64,000 bases of DNA from the NCBI GenBank assembly GCA_951812585.1, contig OX638318.1, positions 1,794,380 to 1,858,379 of the forward strand, given 5' to 3'. The notes under the pieces were generated by a model that saw only the letters and a program-made list of their open reading frames with translations, did not search any database and was not told where the DNA came from. This document shows positions 30,819 through 39,429 of the stretch, in pieces (the first letter of the stretch is position 1; the number at the start of each line of letters is the position of its first letter). This DNA is from Rhodothermales bacterium (GTDB taxonomy: Bacteria; Bacteroidota; Rhodothermia; Rhodothermales; Bin80). A program made the translations under genes and the position numbers.

Positions 30819-33476
30819 ATGAAGTCCACAGGTCACACTGATTTCAAGACGAGCCTGTCTCCAACTCCTTGGCACATCTTCTGCGTCGTGCGGTTCTTCG
30901 TACCGGTCGGGGTGCCGATGGCGCTGGTTCTGATGATGCTGGGGCATTCGCTCTATGCGCAGCCTTATCAGGAGCCTCCGATTTCTCTGCAGTTCCTGCA
31001 GGAGCTGGAAGAAGGCCCTGTAGAGCGCGTTTCCGCGGCCGATCTTTTACGCGACACGTTGGCAGCCCCGGTTGTCACCGGCTATGCGGTCAATCTGGAG
31101 CGGGACTATCGTGCACTGGTAGCGCTGTACGCATCAACGAATGGAGACAGTTGGAATACAAATACGCATTGGGATACAACGCTTTCGGTGAGTGACATTA
31201 GAGCCACCAGGCTTGATTCCTTTTATGGTGTGACGGCAAGTAGTGCGGCCGGAGTGACGGCAATCGATTTGCACTTAAACAACCTAGGCGGGCTGCTTCC
31301 GCCCGCACTTGGCAATCTCTCGGCATTGCAAGTGCTGGATCTGCGCAGCAATTCGCTGACGGGGCCGATCCCTTCCGAGCTCGGCAATCTCTCGGCATTG
31401 CAAGTGCTGAATCTGAGCTTCAATGAGAAATTGCCGCACGAGAATTATGGACTGACCGGGCCGATTCCGCCTGAACTCGGCAATCTCTCGGCATTGCAAG
31501 TGCTGGATCTGGAATTCAATCGGCTGTGGAGGCCGATCCCGCCCGAAATCGGCAATCTCTCGGAATTGCACGAGCTGTCTCTGGGCGACAATTCGCTGAC
31601 GGGGCCGATCCCGCCCGAACTCGGCAACCTCACGGAATTGCAAGCGCTGGATCTGTCCCGCAATTCGCTGGCGGGGCCGATCCCGCCCGAACTCGGCAAT
31701 CTCTCGGCATTGCAAGTGCTGGATCTGAGCCGCAATTATTGGCTGATCGGGTCGATCCCTTCCGAACTCGGCAATCTTTCGCAATTGCAAGAGCTGTATC
31801 TGTACAACAATTCGCTGACGGGGCCGCTTCCGCCCGAAATTGGCAATCTCTCGGAATTGCAAGAGCTGTATCTGTACAACAATTCGCTGACGGGGCCGCT
31901 TCCGCCCGAAATCGGCAATCTCTCGGAATTGCACGAGCTGTCTCTGGGCGAAAATTCGCTAACGGGGCCGCTTCCGCCCGAAATAGGCAATCTCTCGGAA
32001 TTGGAACGGCTGTTGCTGTCCAACAATTCGCTAACGGGGTCGATCCCTTCCGAACTCGGCAATCTTTCGGAATTGCAAGAGTTGTATCTGTCCTACAATT
32101 CGCTGACGGGGCCGCTTCCGCCTGAACTCGGCAATCTCTCGGAATTGCAAGAGCTGTATCTGTACAACAATTCGCTGACGGGGCCGCTTCCGCCCGAAAT
32201 AGGCAATCTCTCGAAATTGCAACAGCTGTATCTGTTCGGCAATTCGCTGACGGGGTCGCTTCCGCCCGAAATCGGCAATCTCTCGGAATTGCAATGGCTG
32301 TATCTGTCCTACAATTCGCTGACGGGGCCGCTTCCGCCCGAAATCGGCAATCTCTCGGCTTTGCAAGTGCTGGATCTGGGCGACAATTCGCTGACGGGGT
32401 CGCTTCCGCCCGAAATCGGCAATCTCTCGGAATTGCAAGATCTGCGGCTGTACAACAATGGGCTGACCGGGCCGATCCCGCCCGAAATCGGCAATCTCTC
32501 GGAATTGCACGAGCTGTCTCTGCCCTACAATTCGCTGACGGGGTCGCTTCCGCCTGAAATAGGCAATCTCTCGAAATTGCACGAGCTGTCTCTGGGCGAA
32601 AATTCGCTAACGGGGCCGCTTCCGCCTGAAATAGGCAATCTCTCGAAATTGTGGACGCTGTCGCTGCACAGCAATTCGCTGACGGGGCCGCTTCCGCCTG
32701 AAATAGGCAACCTCTCGGCTTTGCGAACGCTGTGGCTGCAAGACAATTCGCTGACGGGTGCGCTGCCGCGGAGTCTCATGCAGCTGGACAATCTAAGCTG
32801 GTTCCGATTTGCCAGCCAGGAACTGTGCGCACCGGCGGACAATTACTTCCAGGCGTGGCTGAGCAGCATCTCGAATACAGACGGGGCCAACTGTGCACCT
32901 TTGGCTTTGGATCTTAAAGGTACAATTGCAAATCAAACCTTTACCAGAGCACAACCCATTGCCCCGCTGGTCTTGCCTGAAGCCTCGGGAGGCGTGTCGC
33001 CGATCAATTACACGCTGGCTCCCACACTGCCGACAGGCCTGAGCTTTGACTCGGCAACGCGCACGATCAGCGGTACGCCGACGGGAGTCACGCAAGGTCC
33101 CTTGCCCTACACATACACAGCGACCGACGCGATCGGATCCGCCGGCAGTTTGCACTTCACTATTACTATTGAGGTGTTTCCACTACCGGAATCGTTTGCC
33201 GTGCAGGGCAATTACCCGAATCCCTTCCGTGCATGGACCCACATCGTGTTCGATCTGCCTTGGCCGGCGCGCGTGACCGTTGAAGTCATGGACCTAACGG
33301 GCCGGCGCATGCTTGCTATAGCGCCGGTGGATCTGTCCGCTGGATGGGCGCATAACATTGCAATAAGCGGCCTTACCCTTTCTTCGGGACTCTACATGTA
33401 TCGCCTGATGGCCGCGCCGTCCGGACGCAAGAGCCACGCAACGTATCGGATGGGTCGCTTCGTGCACATTCGCTAA
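30819..33476 (+). CDS. secreted plant-type LRR protein (20 GNLS/T repeats) + putative Ig domain + T9SS type-A sorting domain, copy 2
   Basis: Same architecture and near-identical termini as 27228..29534, with a different LRR array. Confidence 0.93.
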   Translation: MKSTGHTDFKTSLSPTPWHIFCVVRFFVPVGVPMALVLMMLGHSLYAQPYQEPPISLQFLQELEEGPVERVSAADLLRDTLAAPVVTGYAVNLERDYRALVALYASTNGDSWNTNTHWDTTLSVSDIRATRLDSFYGVTASSAAGVTAIDLHLNNLGGLLPPALGNLSALQVLDLRSNSLTGPIPSELGNLSALQVLNLSFNEKLPHENYGLTGPIPPELGNLSALQVLDLEFNRLWRPIPPEIGNLSELHELSLGDNSLTGPIPPELGNLTELQALDLSRNSLAGPIPPELGNLSALQVLDLSRNYWLIGSIPSELGNLSQLQELYLYNNSLTGPLPPEIGNLSELQELYLYNNSLTGPLPPEIGNLSELHELSLGENSLTGPLPPEIGNLSELERLLLSNNSLTGSIPSELGNLSELQELYLSYNSLTGPLPPELGNLSELQELYLYNNSLTGPLPPEIGNLSKLQQLYLFGNSLTGSLPPEIGNLSELQWLYLSYNSLTGPLPPEIGNLSALQVLDLGDNSLTGSLPPEIGNLSELQDLRLYNNGLTGPIPPEIGNLSELHELSLPYNSLTGSLPPEIGNLSKLHELSLGENSLTGPLPPEIGNLSKLWTLSLHSNSLTGPLPPEIGNLSALRTLWLQDNSLTGALPRSLMQLDNLSWFRFASQELCAPADNYFQAWLSSISNTDGANCAPLALDLKGTIANQTFTRAQPIAPLVLPEASGGVSPINYTLAPTLPTGLSFDSATRTISGTPTGVTQGPLPYTYTATDAIGSAGSLHFTITIEVFPLPESFAVQGNYPNPFRAWTHIVFDLPWPARVTVEVMDLTGRRMLAIAPVDLSAGWAHNIAISGLTLSSGLYMYRLMAAPSGRKSHATYRMGRFVHIR
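31296..32760 (+). repeat. 72-bp intragenic tandem repeat array (LRR modules), copy 2
   Basis: Same scaffold as copy 1, 20 modules counted from the translation. Confidence 0.92.
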
Positions 33477-34009
33477 GGGAGACATCCGCGGCCCGCTGTA
33501 ATGTCTAAATCGCAGGCGAGCGCCTTCTGCAAGGTGGCCAGCACGAAGATCCGCCATAAACACAAGCCCGGGTGACTACGCCGCAGAGTGACCTTCGCAC
33601 CCAAGTGCTCCCGCAAGATCGCGAACACGCGCGTGCTGCGGTGCGTGAAGCGGTCCTGCAGTCCACGGAGAACGGCCGGAATATCGTCTCTGGACCGAGG
33701 GTCCAACGTGATCTCTCCAATGGGCGTATGCCCAAGCGCAAGCGGTGGCTCGAAGATCGCGCGCATAGCAGTACAACGGGCGAAGGTCGGGGCAGAAGCG
33801 TACGCATCCCACCAATAACAGGCCCAGGATCAGAAAACGGTGCAGCATTCGCTGAAACAACGTAGGCCGCCGTTGGCGGGAACGGCCCCGAAAGCAGCCG
33901 CTCTACACCCCCAAATGCCCGATCTTTCGCCGCTTGCACCCGTATACCCGCCCTATGCGCCTACAACTGTTGGTCTGCAGGGCCAATCAGGCATTTTCGG
34001 GCAAGCATT
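33473..34009 (-). pseudogene. 5' remnant of ISNCY-like transposase with terminal IR, copy 2
   Basis: Continuous 97-aa ORF 33473..33766 (MRAIFEPPLALGHTPIGEITLDPRSRDDIP...LACDLD); IR at 33994-34007. Confidence 0.8.
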
Positions 34010-34063
34010 AAATACCACGAGCATTGCAATAACGCACGGCACTGCGAAGGCCTTAGTGCAGTG

Positions 34064-34400
34064 CTATGCAAACACATGCACCCGAGCGTTCAACGTGCGG
34101 TGCTGCAATGGCCGCCACGGCGGCAGGCCGGCTATGATCGCCTTGCGACTTTCATTGTTCGGATCGATGTACTTGGGGGCGAACAAGTGCGATCCCTGCG
34201 AGCCGGGCACGTACTCCAGTATCCGTTATCCGCGTTGTTCCTTACCGATGCACTGGAGACCGGTCCAGTATTCTTCAGGTTCGATCACCCGCTGTTCGCG
34301 TGGCAGATGATCTGGCAGCATCTGCCGGAGGCTTTTGGCGGCGCTGGTGCTGCTTTACCGTAGAAGCTTCTTGCAAAACTATCCAAATCAGTGGTGGTAG
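34064..34400 (-). pseudogene. IS66-family TnpC transposase fragment
   Basis: TVKQHQRRQK/LRQMLPDHLPREQRVIEPEEYWTGLQCIGKEQRG*RILEYVPG...PKYIDP...AIIAGLPPWRP; in-frame TAA at 34226-34228 plus a frameshift. Confidence 0.72.
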
Positions 34401-35002
34401 CGGTGATCCAAGCGGCATGGAGGGGTGCAATTCTACCTGACTACGTGCGTGGTCTATGTGCGTGGTCGGCACATTTTCGCCGTCTCCCTCCGAAGACATA
34501 GGTGATTCGTCACCAATGTGGTCTCGTCGTGGTGGGTTTCAGTCACAATGCGGTATGCACGCGCCGATCCCTTGGCTCCTGCTCGACATTGGAATACGGT
34601 AGTCATGCGTATGGATGGCCTTGTTCAGTGCAGCAGGCGCAGCAGTTGATTGCGGTGAGTGCAAGCCCCCCGAACATCAGGTGGCAGGTCAATGGTGCCC
34701 ATGCACCCGTACATGACGACCGCCAGAAGAGGCGCAACCATCACAAAAGGCCGCCGCCGTCTCAGTCCGCTCCTCATATGATGCGACCAGCGGATACCTC
34801 TCGTCCGCCAATGGGCTTACCCATGCTATCCAGGGTTTGAATTCTCGAAAACAGGTACAAGCTCCCGAGTCCTCGTCAACCTGGCAAGATGCAGCAGCAG
34901 CTATCGTGGGAGACGTTTAGCTTCCTGTGCTGGCACCCAGTGTGCGCGCTGGCACGGTGCAGGATGGCGTGATCCAGCCGCCCACATGCCCATTGTGCCG
35001 AT

Positions 35003-35299
35003 TTAAGGCACCTCTGGCGAGCGCCGCCCATACCGGGTGTTCATCCACTGCTTCATTGCACCCCCCATACCCCACCCGAAAGCACCCAAGCCAATGAGTG
35101 TCATGAGGGCCAAGATTAACGAAGTAGGCAATTCGCCGATACTCAGTGCGTCGAGGACGAAGGAACAAATCATCAAGATGGATCCAATGATACCTACGGT
35201 CAGGTAGCGGGTCCCATTCTTCACAGGAATCGTGTAGTACGCAAGTACCGCCATCAGCATTGTACACAGGAGCGCGATCAAAAAAGGTGTAGTGCTCAT
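35003..35299 (-). CDS. orphan small membrane protein (3 predicted TM helices)
   Basis: GGAGG RBS 6 nt upstream of ATG 35299; three hydrophobic segments. Confidence 0.7.
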   Translation of the reverse strand: MSTTPFLIALLCTMLMAVLAYYTIPVKNGTRYLTVGIIGSILMICSFVLDALSIGELPTSLILALMTLIGLGAFGWGMGGAMKQWMNTRYGRRSPEVP

Positions 35300-35541
35300 C
35301 TGATACCTCCCAAATCCGGTGTTAATGCTACCTTTTCATTTCCCGCTGTGCAGAATCACCCGGTCATCACCGATGCCGAAACGGCATGGGTATACGGAAG
35401 AGATTAGTGAAATGCAAATCCATGCAGGAGGTGGTGACTAACGACCCTGTTAACCCTGGTGATTTATCTGGGCTAGAAAATCCGATGCCACGCGCGGTGC
35501 TGGCATGCGGCTGCTGCGGCCAATATACTATGGGCAGTGAC

Positions 35542-36246
35542 CTATGACGCACCGACGGGTTGTTGCATCGTGGCATGGCGCTGGGCGGCAAGGTGCTGCG
35601 CATGCGCCAGCGCCTCCGGCCCAAGCCTGAGCTGCAGCTGCTGCATAAGGTGCAAGGCCTCTTGATCCCCCTGCTGCGCAGCCTGTGCATACCATGCGTA
35701 AGCCTCGGTCAGACTTGGCGGCATGCCCAAGCCGTGTTCCAGCATCTGTCCCAGGTGGCGCTGCGCTGAGACGCTACCGCCCTGCGCAGCGCGCTGGTAC
35801 CAGCCGGCGGCTTCGCCGTAGTTGACGGGCGTGCCCTCGCCCCGCATATGACAGGACGCCAGGCTGAACTGGGCGCTGACGTTGCCTTGCGCAGCAGCAT
35901 AGGCCAGCCACCGGACCGCTTCCGCCAAGTCCTGTGCCACGCCGCGGCCAGTATGAAAGAGCACCCCCAGGTTGCACTGTGCCCCAGGATGTCCCTGGTT
36001 GGCTGCCGCCCAAAACCATCGCGCGGCCTCTACGAAGTTTTGCTCTACGCCCGCTCCACTATAGAACGCACACCCGAGCATGAACTGCGCTTCCGGATCG
36101 CCGCGCTCGGCCAGCGGCCCGTACTGACTGACGGTCTTGGCGGTCACATGCGACTTGATGCCGGCGATGGCGCGATCCCGCGCCCGGCCCATCAGTGCGC
36201 GGGATTGCTTTTTGACGGCCGAGGCGATAGCCCAGCGTATCCACAT
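35542..36246 (-). CDS. Sel1-repeat protein
   Basis: AERGDPEAQFMLG, AANQGHPGAQCNLG, AAAQGNVSAQFSLA, AAQGGSVSAQRHLG repeats. Confidence 0.92.
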   Translation of the reverse strand: MWIRWAIASAVKKQSRALMGRARDRAIAGIKSHVTAKTVSQYGPLAERGDPEAQFMLGCAFYSGAGVEQNFVEAARWFWAAANQGHPGAQCNLGVLFHTGRGVAQDLAEAVRWLAYAAAQGNVSAQFSLASCHMRGEGTPVNYGEAAGWYQRAAQGGSVSAQRHLGQMLEHGLGMPPSLTEAYAWYAQAAQQGDQEALHLMQQLQLRLGPEALAHAQHLAAQRHATMQQPVGAS

Positions 36247-36767
36247 GAGCTTGCTACATTACGCGGAGCATTCCGGCACTGGCAGGACCGTTCATGCAAA
36301 GCAGCCGTGGGATACAGCGCTGCGCTGCCATCATCGAAGCCGCTCTGCGCCCCAAAGAGCTTTGGTCATTCCCTGAAGCCATCGCACGCGAGTGTCGTTC
36401 GGTGCCGCTCGGAAAGCTGCCAGTGCGAACCCTGGAATCGGCCGTACGCCCCTGAGACGCAAGCCATAACTGGTGCGATTCCTGGTACTGGTGCAGGGCC
36501 GACCGTTGACCATCGTCAGCCCCTCGCTGCAAATTGCTAGGAGCAAGCTTCAGGATAGTTCTGCGCAGCCCCATCGTGCGTAGCGTTTATTAAGCGGAAG
36601 CATGCCGCAATCAGTCCGTGGTCGCTGTATGGCCGGTCTACACCATCGCAGGAAGGTACGAAGGCGCTCGGAGAAGCGAATGCCGTCATGAAAGCGGGGC
36701 GAGGCGGTCGAGCATTGCGCCTCTGGGAGCACGTTGGTGGTATGTGCAGCGAAGGGCTGGGCGAGCG

Positions 36768-38150
36768 CTAGTACTCTTCCTCATCGAGTGCGCGGTTGTC
36801 AATCTCCTCTTTGCGGATCATGACCCGCTGTTTCAATTTCGCCAGATTGAACGGGTCAAGTTCCTGCTCCAATCTGGATACGCCCTGCCTGCCTTCATCA
36901 TTACCGCGATCCGCAGCCAGTGAATACCAGATGTAAGACTCCACAGCATTTTCTTCCACGCCGTGCCCGATGCCGTAGAGATAGCCCAGGCGTGCTTGTG
37001 CTTCTTCGTGTCCATTCTCGGCCGCCTGAAGGTACCACCGCGCAGCTTTTCGTGCGTCCGGTACTCCTTCAAATCCTATGTAGAAAAGATTTCCTGCCGT
37101 GAATTGGGCTTCCATATGCCCCTGCGCTGCGGCCTGCAAGAGCCACCTGCCAGCCTCCCTATAGTTCTTGTTCAGGATATTGCCGGTGTAATACATGTTG
37201 CCGAGCTCGTATTGTGCACGGGGGTCTCCTTGCTCTGCAGCCTTTCTGAAGAGAGTGGCGGCAGCAATGCCATCGGCCTCAACCCCTCGGCCCCGCGCGA
37301 ACAGGCGCCCAAGCAGGACCTGAGCATCAACATCGCCTTGGTCGGCCGATTGCATAAGCCAGTACACTGCTGTCTCCGGGTCTGGGTTTTCCAACAGCAG
37401 ACCGGTGTTGAATCGGATCCCAACGTGACGCTGCGCCCGGGCATGGCCCGCCTTCGCGGCCCGCATAGTCCAGCGAAGCGACGCTTCCAGATTCTTCGGG
37501 ACGCCCTGGCCGTTCATATGGCAAGCGGCGAGCAAGTCCATGGCAGGCGCATGCCCCTGCTCCGCTGCGCGGCGCAGCCACAGCGCAGCCTCCACATAAT
37601 CCTCTTCAACGCCGCGGCCATGCCAGTAGCTGAAGCCAAGCTTGTATTGTGATTCTGCATCCCCTTGCTCGGCAGCCATCCGCATCCAGCGAAAGGCCTC
37701 ATCATAGTCCTGGGGCTTGCCGTCACCCTTGTAATAGCAGATCGCAAGGTCGTGCTGCGCCTTTGCTAATCCACTCCCTGCGGCTAACTCGAGGTACCTT
37801 GTTGACTTTCTGATGCTTTCAGCAGTGCCCTGTCCGCTCACATAGCACCGCGCCAGAAAATACTGCGCTGCAGCATGCTGCTGCTTGGCTGCGCGCTTCG
37901 CCCAGCGGATCGCCCTGCGCGGTTTGTAATACCCCGTGCCGGATCGCGAGTGAATAAGCGCCAGCAAGAACTGCGCCTCCCCATGGCCGCGCTGGGCCGC
38001 CTTGAGAAACCATCGCGTCGCTTCCTGCATGTTTTCAGGGACATCGATGCCTCTGAAATAGATCTGTCCTAAGTCCCACTGTGCCTCCCGGTCGCCCTTG
38101 CGCGCACGCCGCAACAGCGCTTGGTGCTCTTTGGAAGAGTCTCTTGACAT
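36768..38150 (-). CDS. Sel1-repeat protein (about 11 repeats)
   Basis: Repeated A(A)xQGxxxAQxxLG motifs; start at ATG 38150 (MSRDSSKEHQ), with the ORF-track extension to 38426 judged spurious. Confidence 0.92.
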   Translation of the reverse strand: MSRDSSKEHQALLRRARKGDREAQWDLGQIYFRGIDVPENMQEATRWFLKAAQRGHGEAQFLLALIHSRSGTGYYKPRRAIRWAKRAAKQQHAAAQYFLARCYVSGQGTAESIRKSTRYLELAAGSGLAKAQHDLAICYYKGDGKPQDYDEAFRWMRMAAEQGDAESQYKLGFSYWHGRGVEEDYVEAALWLRRAAEQGHAPAMDLLAACHMNGQGVPKNLEASLRWTMRAAKAGHARAQRHVGIRFNTGLLLENPDPETAVYWLMQSADQGDVDAQVLLGRLFARGRGVEADGIAAATLFRKAAEQGDPRAQYELGNMYYTGNILNKNYREAGRWLLQAAAQGHMEAQFTAGNLFYIGFEGVPDARKAARWYLQAAENGHEEAQARLGYLYGIGHGVEENAVESYIWYSLAADRGNDEGRQGVSRLEQELDPFNLAKLKQRVMIRKEEIDNRALDEEEY

Positions 38151-38414
38151 ATTGGCCCGGTGACCAAACCGAAAGGGTGTGAACGTACGCGCAGCATAGC
38201 GTTTTTGTTCAGCACATCGGGATGTGTTCAGCCGGAGCCGTGCGGTGTCTGGGGCCGCAAGGGCCGTCCGCCCGCTTGCGCGGTGCTCACCTGGCCACGG
38301 AGCCAGCCCGCTTTGCACCAATGCACCGTCGAGGCACCTATTGTCTTGCGCACATTGTAGATTGACTGCAGCGCAGCATCCCTTAGGCCCTCTTAGCGGC
38401 CTAGCACATCCGCC

Positions 38415-39368
38415 ATGCACTATCAAATGCGACGTCGCACTTTAGTAGAAGAACTCAAGAGGCATCCATGGCTGCGCAGTCAGGATCTGGCGCAGACGTT
38501 GCACGTCAGCACGCGGACGATTCGCCGCGATGTTGCGGCGCTGCGTATTCAGGGTATGCCCATAGAGGGACGCCGCGGCAAAGGGCTGCGGCTCAATGAA
38601 GGATACTTCCTCGACCCGGTAACCCTTGCCAGCGACGAGGCTGCGCTTGCGGTGGTTGGGAGCACCGTTGTCGCTGCGCGGCTGAGTGCGGATGTGCAGG
38701 CGACAGCCCAGTCGCTGCGTGCGCGCGTTCTCAAGAAGGGCTCCGAAAAGCTCCAGGCGCATATTGAGGGGCTCGAAGCAGACTTACTGCTTGCACCGGA
38801 CGAGATGGGAGACCGCAAGCACGAAGCGGGGAAGCTGGAACGTGTGCGCCAAGCGCTCGTCAGCCGGATGGTGCTCCAATTCGGATCAGACGACAACCCT
38901 GAGCTGTTTCACCCGTACGGGCTAAGCTGGGGGCAGGGCCGGTGGCTTGTCATCGGCTACAGCGTTGCGCGATGTGCAGTCTGCAGCTACCGCGTGGACG
39001 CCCTCGAGCGTATCAAGATCGGCACCGACACCTTCACGCGGCCGCCCGCCTACACGCTCAGCGACGCTCCGCCGAAAGATGAAGCGGCACCGGCACGGGT
39101 GCAGTTTGATGCGCCCAGCTCCCGCTGGATCGTTGCGACGACGCCCGACTTCATCGAGACAATCCACACCAGGGATGATGGCATCGTAGTGACGCTGGCC
39201 GCAGAGCCCGAGCCGCAGGTGCTACGGTGGATCCTGGGCTGGGGCGCGCACGCCCGCGTCGTAGCGCCGCTCGCGCTGAAGCGGCGCGTGGCCAAGGAGG
39301 TGGCCGCGATGGCGGAGGTGTATGCGACCAAAGAGCCCATTCAGATACGGCAGTCCACCTTGTTTTGA
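38415..39368 (+). CDS. YafY-family HTH-WYL-WCX transcriptional regulator
   Basis: LAQTLHVSTRTIRRDVAAL HTH, FHPYGL...WLVIGY...SYRVDAL WYL, WILGWGAHARVVAPLAL WCX. Confidence 0.92.
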   Translation: MHYQMRRRTLVEELKRHPWLRSQDLAQTLHVSTRTIRRDVAALRIQGMPIEGRRGKGLRLNEGYFLDPVTLASDEAALAVVGSTVVAARLSADVQATAQSLRARVLKKGSEKLQAHIEGLEADLLLAPDEMGDRKHEAGKLERVRQALVSRMVLQFGSDDNPELFHPYGLSWGQGRWLVIGYSVARCAVCSYRVDALERIKIGTDTFTRPPAYTLSDAPPKDEAAPARVQFDAPSSRWIVATTPDFIETIHTRDDGIVVTLAAEPEPQVLRWILGWGAHARVVAPLALKRRVAKEVAAMAEVYATKEPIQIRQSTLF

Positions 39369-39429
39369 TCGCAGTACCGATTAACGGCGTGCACGCGGTA
39401 TCTTTGAGGCATTCTCTGCCTGCGCCCTT

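Larger units (their letters stand above)
26443..34009 (-). mobile_element. putative non-autonomous ISNCY/IS5-like (ISDol1-like) composite element carrying two LRR cassettes
   Basis: 14-bp perfect inverted repeat tgcttgcccgaaaa (26445-26458) versus ttttcgggcaagca (33994-34007), plus an internal copy with one mismatch at 30054-30067. Flanking AAAT at 26439-26442 and 34010-34013. Transposase head and tail fragments lie inside the respective ends. Confidence 0.68.

Noticed and set aside
27709-32760. CRISPR array or DGR interpretation of the 72-bp repeats
   Set aside because: Repeats are in-frame coding modules without unique spacers; no cas gene, reverse transcriptase or separate template repeat is seen in the window.
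27610-32917. Repetitive alternative-frame ORFs over the LRR genes (QFREIA..., CNAERLP...)
   Set aside because: Shadows of the 72-bp repeat; the plus frame has the signal, caps and T9SS domain.
34625-34777. 50-aa minus ORF with lipobox-like signal (LAVVMYGC)
   Set aside because: Too short, and neither alternative frame gives a recognisable continuation; cannot support it as a gene or pseudogene.
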